Shown piece by piece: positions 18,072 to 24,823 of a stretch of 39,060 nt of DNA (its first letter is position 1; each line of letters starts with the position of its first letter). The notes under the pieces were generated by a model, which saw nothing but the letters and a program-made list of their open reading frames with translations, was not told where the DNA came from and did no database searches. The position numbers and the translations under genes were made by a program. Source of the DNA: a virus (lineage: Duplodnaviria; Heunggongvirae; Uroviricota; Caudoviricetes); IMG/VR virus record IMGVR_UViG_3300032007_000006, positions 313,360 to 352,419 of that record. One strand, written 5' to 3'.

Positions 18072-18199
18072 AAGACGCATTTGCCATTTGCATGTGGAGA
18101 TATCAATCATCTCCAATGCCATGTTCGCGTGGCCGCCACGCATGGAAGCTGGCCTTCTTTCCATTCGCCTCTGGCTGTATTGGTTGCTGAATGCGTCTT
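18072..18199 (-). ncRNA. CWGCAA-stem small RNA candidate A
   Basis: AAGACGCAT-TCAGCAAC...ATGCGTCTT. Confidence 0.6.
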
Positions 18200-18208
18200 A
18201 GGAATGCT

Positions 18209-18297
18209 ACAAGGCTCACTGAGCGAAGGAAAGGATTTAGAATCCAGTCTTCTTTCGAGTTCAGGTCGAATCCATTGAGATTGCTGTACGGAGCCTT
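18209..18297 (-). ncRNA. CWGCAA-stem small RNA candidate B
   Basis: AAGGCTC-CGT-ACAGCAAT...GAGCCTTGT. Confidence 0.6.
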
Positions 18298-18314
18298 ATA
18301 AAGCGAAAAATGAA

Positions 18315-18455
18315 ACAAGGCCTGTTTTTCCATCATTTGCATTGCAATGCCGTTTGCCTCTGAGGCAGGCCAGTCCAGATGGAACGGATGCCACATAGAG
18401 CCTTCTAGGGAAGAAGACAAGCCTATCAATGTATTAGTATTGCAGTACAGGCCTT
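18315..18455 (-). ncRNA. CWGCAA-stem small RNA candidate C
   Basis: AAGGCCTGT-ACTGCAAT...ACAGGCCTTGT. Confidence 0.6.
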
Positions 18456-18472
18456 AAAAATGTCATTGAATA

Positions 18473-18549
18473 TGGTAGGCCTCAAGGGATTCGAACCCTC
18501 ACTGAATGGCGTCTGAGACCATCCCCTCTGCCAGTTGGGGTAGAGGCCT
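18473..18549 (-). tRNA. tRNA-Leu(CAG), short variable arm
   Basis: Loop CT-CAG-AC, TTCGAAT, CCA. Confidence 0.85.
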
Positions 18550-18560
18550 ATATGAAATGT

Positions 18561-18764
18561 CTAAAAGATGTATGGACCCTTGAACTGGACTCCATCATCT
18601 GCAATGCAGACTCCGTTGTCCGTTCTAAATCCAGAAAATCCACTCTTGGATGCGGCGCACCAGACGCCAGAGACGTTGTAGAGCCATATCAGCTCTTCGG
18701 TGCCATCTGCATTTCTTTTGAGCCAATATCCTTCCTTGGGAAGGAACTGAGATGTCCAGTTCAT
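18561..18764 (-). CDS. small hypothetical protein
   Basis: Start MNWTS after GAGGAG. Confidence 0.6.
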   Translation of the reverse strand: MNWTSQFLPKEGYWLKRNADGTEELIWLYNVSGVWCAASKSGFSGFRTDNGVCIADDGVQFKGPYIF

Positions 18765-18786
18765 TTGCGTTCTCCTCAACAGGTCC

Positions 18787-18887
18787 GAGACGCTTTTGGC
18801 TCATTGGAACTGCTTCCCGTTTGCGCTCTAGGCGCAGGACGAAGCCATCCGCCCTCACCACAGGGTATGCATTGCAGCAGGCGTCTC
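18787..18887 (-). ncRNA. CWGCAA-stem small RNA candidate D
   Basis: GAGACGC-CT-GCTGCAAT...AAGCGTCTC. Confidence 0.55.
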
Positions 18888-18897
18888 AATGGAAATG

Positions 18898-18971
18898 TGG
18901 TTGCGGGAGCCAGACTTGAACTGACGTGATTGGGGTATGAACCCAAGGAGTGGCCTCTACTCTATCCCGCG
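18898..18971 (-). tRNA. initiator tRNA-fMet(CAT)
   Basis: C1:A72 mismatch, GGG/CCC anticodon stem, CCA. Confidence 0.88.
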
Positions 18972-18981
18972 ATGTGAAGAT

Positions 18982-19045
18982 ACAAGGCGCAGTTTGCTTA
19001 GTATGCAGTCTAAATTGCGATAAGCTGAATTGCTGCATGCGCCTT
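18982..19045 (-). ncRNA. CWGCAA-stem small RNA candidate E
   Basis: AAGGCGCA-T-GCAGCAAT...TGCGCCTTGT. Confidence 0.6.
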
Positions 19046-19056
19046 TCGGAAATCTA

Positions 19057-19130
19057 TGGAGCGGGTAAGGGGAGTTGAACCCCTGCTAAGAGCTTGGAAG
19101 GCTCCTGTGCGACCGTTACACCGTACCCGC
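19057..19130 (-). tRNA. tRNA-Gly(TCC)
   Basis: Loop CT-TCC-AA, U73, CCA. Confidence 0.92.
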
Positions 19131-19137
19131 ATAATGT

Positions 19138-19203
19138 ACAAGGCATAGTTTTGGATTAGATTAATAAAGAGTCTAATTAAGTTTGTGTTGCTGTCTATGC
19201 CTT
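19138..19203 (-). ncRNA. CWGCAA-stem small RNA candidate F
   Basis: AAGGCATAG-ACAGCAAC...CTATGCCTTGT. Confidence 0.6.
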
Positions 19204-19284
19204 AAAATTCGGGGAGTTCATCGACCTCCCGAACGAGCGCCGAATTTCAGCGTCTTCACGGCTTGATCAGTTCCGCTTGACTTC

Positions 19285-19360
19285 TGGTACCAGGCAATGG
19301 AATTGAACCATTCTGTCCAAGTGTATGAGACTTGTGCGTGAACCGCTACGCTAGCCTGGC
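19285..19360 (-). tRNA. tRNA(CAT): elongator Met or Ile2
   Basis: Loop CT-CAT-AC, CCA. Confidence 0.85.
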
Positions 19361-19372
19361 CTAACTGAAATA

Positions 19373-19496
19373 TGCTGAATGAGGTGGGATTTGAACCCAC
19401 GGAACGCCTTCCGTTCAGGATTGCCTAGGATGCTCTGAAAGGCCTGCGCCCTGCGGAAGCTTGTCCGCTGCAATCATCCTGCTCTGCCACTCATCC
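19373..19496 (-). ncRNA. tRNA-Ser-like RNA with large insertion and non-CCA end
   Basis: GGATGAG/CTCATTC acceptor, GTGGG-TTCAAAT-CCCAC T arm, 6-nt loop CAAGCT, ends AGCA. Confidence 0.55.
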
Positions 19497-19506
19497 AGAA
19501 AAATGA

Positions 19507-19575
19507 ACAAGGCTCAATATGGGCATGTTCCAATCATCAGTCGGATTTCCTATAAGGATTTGCTGTGTGAGCCTT
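19507..19575 (-). ncRNA. CWGCAA-stem small RNA candidate G
   Basis: AAGGCTCA-C-ACAGCAAA...TGAGCCTTGT. Confidence 0.6.
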
Positions 19576-19810
19576 TGAAATTTCTGCAGGCTTCCGTGAT
19601 TCAGTCGCCTGCACCCCTCTGCTCCTGTCTGCATATGAACGGACGACGTCCATCAACCATCTCAAGTCCGGCGCCAGTCTCAAGTGGTTCATTCAATGCA
19701 GAGCCTCTAGCACTCGCATTTCTAGAATGCGGAGGGTTGGAGCCATGGCTTATGCAGACAGTGCTTGTCATCCAAAGATGCTTTAGTTCATCTGCCGCAT
19801 GGAAAATCTC

Positions 19811-19898
19811 TGGTGGAGAGGGGTTGATTTGAACAACCGATGCCCGAAGGCGGCGAATTTACAGTCCGCTGACATAGACCAGACTAGCCGACCTCTCC
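19811..19898 (-). tRNA. tRNA-Tyr(GTA)
   Basis: Loop CT-GTA-AA, long variable arm, CCA. Confidence 0.92.
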
Positions 19899-19901
19899 AT
19901 G

Positions 19902-19966
19902 ACAAGACGCATTTTTTGCATAACGGATTATCAATTCCAGTGCAATAGGATTGCAGCATGCGTCTT
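19902..19966 (-). ncRNA. CWGCAA-stem small RNA candidate H
   Basis: AAGACGCAT-GCTGCAAT...ATGCGTCTTGT. Confidence 0.6.
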
Positions 19967-19974
19967 ATTGAAAT

Positions 19975-20630
19975 GTTGGGGAAGAGCCACTTCCCCTCCT
20001 AGACCTGGACCACCTGGCTAAGATGTCCTCTCCGTGTCGGCTTGCGGCTGGCTATTGACGGTACCGACTCCGCTGAAGGTGTCATTCTGGACGGGAGCCA
20101 CTTCAGCCTGGACATTCCCGCTTTGCACCCATAGCTCGATTTCATTCACGTTCAGGTTCCGAGCAGTGCCTGAACCCCAGAGCGCCGTCACGGTCTGGCT
20201 GTTTTCCTGCCATTCCTGTGTACTGGGCAGGAAGAATTGCGGACATGTCTCAAACTCTTTCAGTGAGCCATTGTCCGAAATGGCGGGATTTCTCCGGTAT
20301 CCCTAAACGGGGGAGCAAAAGTTCTAAGACTTCTGCGGCAAAGTCCGCTTTGCCCTGTTCGTCCACTCAAATCAAGACATCATCTAGAATAGCCTTGGCA
20401 GGCAAAAATTGTGGACAGCCTTCAAGGGACTCAAACCCTCCTCTGGACAACAGCCTTTCAGCTACCGTCAAGGCGCACTCTGCAAAGTCTGTCCTATTCA
20501 TCCATTGGCCGCATGCTGAAGAGCGCAGGGTTTCGATCCCGTGAACCTCCTCGGCATTCCGATTCGGCTCCTGCCCAATGTTCAATGAACATCCTCAGGT
20601 CATTCAGCATCTTTCCTTTAGGATGAAAAA
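19975..20630 (-). ncRNA. candidate large structured ncRNA (about 650 nt)
   Basis: No convincing ORF; follows a promoter plus boxA leader; many local hairpins; lies in the tRNA array. Confidence 0.45.
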
Positions 20631-20643
20631 TTTCTTCGGTTCC

Positions 20644-20723
20644 CTATTCGGTTTTCAAGGAGCCGATGGGAACCATTTCCCATCTCTTGAAGGCAGTCTA
20701 GCAGAACTGCCTTCCGCTGTCAA
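20644..20723 (-). promoter_or_regulatory. sigma70 promoter, hairpin and boxA-like leader
   Basis: TTGACA-N17-TAGACT, then hairpin 20665-20684, then GCTCCTTGAAAACCGAATAG. Confidence 0.7.
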
Positions 20724-20823
20724 GTCCTTTGAGGAAGATATTTTAACTTAAAGATTTTTTTCTCTCCCTCTCTGGACAGAATCCACTCTAGCAGAGAAAA
20801 GACATTATGTCAAGTATTTTCTG

Positions 20824-20897
20824 TGGTGGAGCCTAGGAGACTCGAACTCCTGTTAAAACGCTGCCAGCGTCTCTTCCTCCCATTGAAAGAAGGCCCC
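20824..20897 (-). tRNA. tRNA-Ala(GGC)
   Basis: G3:U70, loop CT-GGC-AG, CCA. Confidence 0.88.
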
Positions 20898-20917
20898 ACG
20901 AAAATTTCTTCAATTCC

Positions 20918-20937
20918 CTATCCCATTGTCAAAGAGT
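20918..20937 (-). promoter_or_regulatory. boxA-like leader
   Basis: ACTCTTTGACAATGGGATAG downstream of the promoter at about 20975-21001. Confidence 0.6.
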
Positions 20938-21118
20938 GGCGAGACTTGGCTTCCGCTTCATCTCTTGAGACTACCCTATCAAAGGCTGGCCTCGCTGTCA
21001 AGCAGTTTTTCATGCAGCATTAATGCTTCTTGGTTTGCTTGAAAGTGGCGTCACTACCCTCTTTCCCATTGACAAATGCAGAATAGCACGTTTCGTCCAA
21101 AACGTCAAGAAAAAAATC

Positions 21119-21196
21119 TGGTCGGTGCGGCCTGATTTGAACAGGCGGTATCCTGCTCCCAAAGCAGGTGCGATAACCAAGCTACGCTACGCCCCG
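21119..21196 (-). tRNA. tRNA-Pro(TGG) copy 1
   Basis: Loop TT-TGG-GA, CCA. Confidence 0.92.
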
Positions 21197-21205
21197 ATGA
21201 AATTC

Positions 21206-21279
21206 TGGCAGGGCATGATGGAATTGAACCACCACGTTGACGTTCAGAGCGTCACGGTCTGCCATTAGCCTAATGCCCT
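21206..21279 (-). tRNA. tRNA-Gln(CTG)
   Basis: Loop CT-CTG-AA, G73, CCA. Confidence 0.88.
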
Positions 21280-21288
21280 ATAAGGATA

Positions 21289-21364
21289 TGGTGGAGGCTA
21301 GGAGAGTCGAACTCCTGACCTACTGCGTGCAAAGCAGTCGTTCTCCCATCTGAACTAAGCCCCC
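21289..21364 (-). tRNA. tRNA-Ala(TGC)
   Basis: G3:U70, loop TT-TGC-AC, CCA. Confidence 0.93.
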
Positions 21365-21389
21365 ATAGAAATTTGTCTTCCTTCATTCT

Positions 21390-21409
21390 CTATTCGGTTT
21401 TTAAAGAGC
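21390..21409 (-). promoter_or_regulatory. boxA-like leader
   Basis: GCTCTTTAAAAACCGAATAG. Confidence 0.7.
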
Positions 21410-21553
21410 CGAGCGAGGCTTCCCTCAAACTCACTGAAGGCATCCTATCAAAGAGAGCCTTCCCTGTCAAGCATTTAATGAAAGATTTTTTGAAGATTTT
21501 TCTGGGAGGGAGAAACCCTCCCTCCCGTCAATTCATTCTACTGGTTCAACGGT

Positions 21554-22081
21554 CTAAGGCCACTCGCCGAGGGGCATGCCGACTTTCTTTCCGTTCTTCT
21601 CGGCGGCCACGTCTGTACAGAAAAATACGCCGCAGTCCTCGCCGAAGATTTCCTTTGCAAGCTCCTGATACAGTGTGCTTCGGATGCCGTGGGCATCGCT
21701 GAGGTCATCATTGAAATACTGAACGACTTTCGGCTTGAACACAACGTAGTTGATTGGATTGGAAAAGATGCCTTCAACGGAATAGATGCCAGCAAGGGCT
21801 TCATTGCCTTCAAAGGCCTTCTGAATCTTGTCAACTCGTGCATCGCCAAGAGCCTTGGCATTGGCAGGCACAACGGTGACTGCCACATTCACGTTGCCAT
21901 AAGTGACGTTCATTGGAAGCAGTTCCTGAAGTGCTTCCGCCTTGCCGCCGTCTTCAACCAGAATCTTGATTTCAGGATGCTTGTTGTTCAGAAGAACCTT
22001 TACGCCAGGATCTTCAGAGAAGAGGGCTTCAAGTTTGCGGTAGTAGTCTACCCAGGGAGAAATAAGACCAAGCTTGTCCAT
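21554..22081 (-). CDS. hypothetical phage protein
   Basis: Start MDKLG after AGGAGG; SPWxxYY...VVQYFNDDLSD...STLYQELA. Confidence 0.85.
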   Translation of the reverse strand: MDKLGLISPWVDYYRKLEALFSEDPGVKVLLNNKHPEIKILVEDGGKAEALQELLPMNVTYGNVNVAVTVVPANAKALGDARVDKIQKAFEGNEALAGIYSVEGIFSNPINYVVFKPKVVQYFNDDLSDAHGIRSTLYQELAKEIFGEDCGVFFCTDVAAEKNGKKVGMPLGEWP

Positions 22082-22117
22082 AAGCAAGCAACCTCCTATT
22101 ATGCATTTGAAATGCAG

Positions 22118-22193
22118 TGGCGGGACCAACGGGACTTGAACCCGTGACAATGGCGTGACAGGCCAACGTTTTAACCAATTAAACTATGGTCCC
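22118..22193 (-). tRNA. tRNA-Asp(GTC)
   Basis: Loop CT-GTC-AC, CCA. Confidence 0.92.
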
Positions 22194-22206
22194 AATGAAA
22201 TTTCAG

Positions 22207-22283
22207 TGGTAGGCCCAGAAAGAATTGAACTTTCGACCTCATGCTTATCAGGCATGCGCTCTGACCAACTGAGCTATGAGCCT
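22207..22283 (-). tRNA. tRNA-Ile(GAT)
   Basis: Loop CT-GAT-AA, CCA. Confidence 0.93.
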
Positions 22284-22288
22284 ATTAA

Positions 22289-22366
22289 TGGTGAACCCGG
22301 ACAGGATTGAACTGTCGACCTGATGCTTAAAAGGCATCTGCTAACTACCAACTGAGCTACGGATTC
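22289..22366 (-). tRNA. tRNA-Lys(TTT)
   Basis: Loop CT-TTT-AA, CCA. Confidence 0.9.
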
Positions 22367-22374
22367 AAATCTGC

Positions 22375-22450
22375 TGGTGGATCACCGGAGAATCGAACTC
22401 CGAACCAAGCGATTAAGAGTCGCTTGCTCAACCAATTGAGCTAGTGATCC
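22375..22450 (-). tRNA. tRNA-Lys(CTT)
   Basis: Loop CT-CTT-AA, CCA. Confidence 0.92.
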
Positions 22451-22462
22451 ATGAAAGTCCTG

Positions 22463-22687
22463 CTACGCTTCAGCGACTGCCGCTTCAGACTTTCTCTTTC
22501 TTTCCCTTCCTATTCTTGCATTTTCCTGTATGTTGGACTCCCATCCAAAATGGTACTTGATGTGATTCTTGATTCCAAGGGAGGAATACTGTCGTTTGCA
22601 GATGGGACAGACATACTTTCCAGATTCATCATCCTTTAGCAAAGGAACACAGGAAAGATATTTTTCATAGGCAACTTGATTGAACAT
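22463..22687 (-). CDS. small C2H2-type zinc-finger protein
   Basis: YVCPICKRQYSSLGIKNHIKYH. Confidence 0.65.
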   Translation of the reverse strand: MFNQVAYEKYLSCVPLLKDDESGKYVCPICKRQYSSLGIKNHIKYHFGWESNIQENARIGRERKRKSEAAVAEA

Positions 22688-22721
22688 AATGGTTCATTTT
22701 CAACTTGCTATACTTAAAATG

Positions 22722-22796
22722 TGGCTCCCCAGGACGGACTTGAACCGCCAGCCCATCGGTTAACAGCCGATTGCTCCGCCATTGAGCTACTGGGGA
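22722..22796 (-). tRNA. tRNA-Asn(GTT)
   Basis: Loop CT-GTT-AA, CCA. Confidence 0.93.
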
Positions 22797-22803
22797 ACAT
22801 ATT

Positions 22804-22880
22804 TGGTAGTCCTTGTCCGACTTGAACGGACGACATCCGTCTTGTAAGGGCGGCGCTCTGACCAACTGAGCTAAAGGACT
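22804..22880 (-). tRNA. tRNA-Val(TAC)
   Basis: Loop CT-TAC-AA, CCA. Confidence 0.9.
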
Positions 22881-22887
22881 ATGATAC

Positions 22888-22963
22888 TGGTGACGCCAGC
22901 CGGAGTTGAACCGACATTGCAAGAGTGAGAATCTTGCATCCTAAGCCATTAGACGATGGCGTC
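22888..22963 (-). tRNA. tRNA-Glu(CTC)
   Basis: Loop TT-CTC-AC, CCA. Confidence 0.9.
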
Positions 22964-22971
22964 AATAATTC

Positions 22972-23046
22972 TGGCGACTCCAGGCGGGTTTGAACCGCCG
23001 TTGTCTGCGTGAAAGGCAGATGACCTAACCTCTAGTCGATGGAGTC
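22972..23046 (-). tRNA. tRNA-Glu(TTC)
   Basis: Loop CT-TTC-AC, CCA. Confidence 0.92.
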
Positions 23047-23052
23047 AAAATC

Positions 23053-23130
23053 TGGTCGGGATGGCCTGATTTGAACAGGCGGTATCCTGCTCCCAAAGCA
23101 GGCGACTTGACCAAGCTAGCCTACATCCCG
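23053..23130 (-). tRNA. tRNA-Pro(TGG) copy 2
   Basis: Anticodon and T arms identical to copy 1; different acceptor and D arms. Confidence 0.92.
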
Positions 23131-23154
23131 ATGAAATATCTTAGTATGAATTTT

Positions 23155-23231
23155 TGGCGTGTCTGGAAGGACTTGAACCTTCGGCCTTCCGCTTAGGAGG
23201 CGGACGCTCTATCCTGCTGAGCTACAAACAC
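23155..23231 (-). tRNA. tRNA-Arg(CCT)
   Basis: Loop CT-CCT-AA, CCA. Confidence 0.92.
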
Positions 23232-23243
23232 AAGATGACTTCT

Positions 23244-23320
23244 GCTCTCCGATGGAACTTGAACCCATGCACTTCCCAGCCTAATTGACTGAATGCTCTA
23301 ACCAACTGAGCTACGGAGAG
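23244..23320 (-). ncRNA. tRNA-like RNA with abnormal anticodon arm and no CCA
   Basis: Perfect CTCTCCG/CGGAGAG acceptor, canonical D arm, TTCAAGT T-loop; loop TCAATTAGG. Confidence 0.6.
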
Positions 23321-23332
23321 ATGAATTCCTTT

Positions 23333-23638
23333 CTAGGAGAGAATTACGGTCTCAAGGTCATTGTCAAGAATGACACGAGAAAGATCCTCAAGAGCAATGC
23401 CAAGCTCATTGGCCTTGGCCAGACCGTCATCAACCATCTTGCCGAACGAAACGGGAAGCGACTTCCAGTCGGTCCAGGAGCCGTCATCGGTTTCATAGGA
23501 GACTTCGGCATCAAAAACACGACCATCAATGTCTAGCAGAACGCGGACCTTCTCGCCATCATTGTCCCAGTGAAGGGACTGATTCCGAGCGTCGTAGTAG
23601 ATTCCATAGAAAAGATTGACAAACTCGGCATTGGTCAT
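23333..23638 (-). CDS. hypothetical protein (paralog of 34635-34934)
   Basis: Start MTNAEF after AAAGGAG; FxGxxYDAxNxxxHW...DWKxLP...GIxLxDL. Confidence 0.8.
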   Translation of the reverse strand: MTNAEFVNLFYGIYYDARNQSLHWDNDGEKVRVLLDIDGRVFDAEVSYETDDGSWTDWKSLPVSFGKMVDDGLAKANELGIALEDLSRVILDNDLETVILS

Positions 23639-23724
23639 TTTTGGCTCCTTTGATGAAGTGTCTGCTCTCTCATTGAGCAAAGACAGTCTAGCAAATGACT
23701 GGAAGCCTGTCAAGCAAAATCTTG

Positions 23725-23802
23725 TGGAGGGCCTGGAGGGATTTGAACCCCCCGACCTAGTGGTTCGTAGCCACTCGCTCTAGTCCACTGAGCTACAGGT
23801 CC
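23725..23802 (-). tRNA. tRNA-Arg(ACG) copy 1
   Basis: Loop CT-ACG-AA, CCA. Confidence 0.9.
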
Positions 23803-23813
23803 ATAAAATCTTG

Positions 23814-23890
23814 TGGAGGGCCTAGGGTGACTTGAACACCCAACGTTCTGGTTCGTAGCCAGATCCTCTATCCAGTTGAGGTATAGGCCC
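23814..23890 (-). tRNA. tRNA-Arg(ACG) copy 2
   Basis: Loop CT-ACG-AA, CCA. Confidence 0.9.
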
Positions 23891-23899
23891 AGAAATGTC

Positions 23900-23976
23900 T
23901 GGCGCGTCTGGAGAGGGTCGAACTCCCGACTTTCTGCTTAGAAGGCAGATGCTCTATCCAGCTGAGCTACAGACGC
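23900..23976 (-). tRNA. tRNA-Arg(TCT)
   Basis: Loop CT-TCT-AA, CCA. Confidence 0.93.
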
Positions 23977-24123
23977 AATTGAAATGTCTTTCCTTTGTCT
24001 CAAGCACTGATGGTGCGAGCCAGAAGGAAATGCATGGCAGAGTCAGGTTCAGTCTGGCCGCCCACATGGCGGCCCGCTCCTTCGGCTCTGCAATGAGATG
24101 GAAATTTGGTTTCCTTCAATTCT

Positions 24124-24198
24124 CTATTCCGTTTTCAAGGAGCAGAGAGCCTTTCGCTCTCTTGGGGACACTCTATCAAAGGCCGTCCCCACTGTCAA
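24124..24198 (-). promoter_or_regulatory. sigma70 promoter, GAAA hairpin (boxB-like) and boxA-like leader
   Basis: AGAGAGC-GAAAG-GCTCTCT followed by GCTCCTTGAAAACGGAATAG. Confidence 0.7.
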
Positions 24199-24308
24199 GT
24201 TTTTTCTGGGAGAAAATCTTGAAGATTTTTTCGGCCAGACTGACCAGCCTCCCTCTCTCTTGACGGGAAGAGACTAGCACAGGCCTCTTCCCATGTCAAG
24301 CAGAAACT

Positions 24309-24650
24309 TCACTTTTTCGCTTTTTTGGGATGCTCAAGCTGAATGTGTTCAGTGCTGATGAATTCAGCATCCTCCATCTCGTCATCAAACTCTATTTCAA
24401 TGGTTTCTACAGGACCCTCATGCGCCTGAACAAGCGCATCATCTTCATCATCCGTTGAAAAATTGTCCAGATGGTCCTGAACGGCCTGAAGAACGGCCTT
24501 TCCGTTTTCAGTCAATGCATGGCCCTTTTTCGTTTGAATGCACAGGCCTTTCTCCTCAAGCGAGGAGAAGTCGAATGTCTTGGCGCAGAAGCCTTCATTC
24601 AAGGCCTGCATCACTGCAAATTCGTATCCTTTAATAGTCCAGCTATTCAT
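24309..24650 (-). CDS. acidic hypothetical protein, winged-helix-like
   Basis: Start MNSW; SLEEKGLC...HALTENG. Confidence 0.7.
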   Translation of the reverse strand: MNSWTIKGYEFAVMQALNEGFCAKTFDFSSLEEKGLCIQTKKGHALTENGKAVLQAVQDHLDNFSTDDEDDALVQAHEGPVETIEIEFDDEMEDAEFISTEHIQLEHPKKAKK

Positions 24651-24674
24651 TGTGTATCCTTCATGGTTGGAATT

Positions 24675-24748
24675 TGGCAGAGGCTGCAGGAGTTGAACCC
24701 ACATCAAAGGTTTTGGAGACCCCTATTCTACCATTGAACTAAGCCTCT
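24675..24748 (-). tRNA. tRNA-Trp(CCA)
   Basis: Loop CT-CCA-AA, G73, CCA. Confidence 0.92.
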
Positions 24749-24823
24749 GCATAGACCAGAGGCTGGCAGTCGCAGAATGCGCCACGTCCAGCCACTGGCC
24801 AGAAAATTGCTTCCTTCGATTCC

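Noticed and set aside
19210-19283. Hammerhead ribozyme (CTGATCA...GAAA on the minus strand)
   Set aside because: Core deviates from CUGANGA, and stems I and III cannot be formed convincingly.
17943-19832. Short ORFs over the tRNA array (17943-18164, 18103-18429, 19218-19400, 19461-19832; also 16210-16437, 22665-22922, 36995-37225)
   Set aside because: They overlap tRNA genes or structured RNA elements and lack SD sequences.
18072-19966. CWGCAA elements as rho-independent terminators or CRISPR repeats
   Set aside because: No U-tracts, interiors are long and structured, and stems covary instead of repeating identically.
19975-20630. RNase P RNA
   Set aside because: I could not find the GAGGAAAGUCC or AGAACCCGGCUUA-type P4 signatures; kept only as an unassigned ncRNA candidate.
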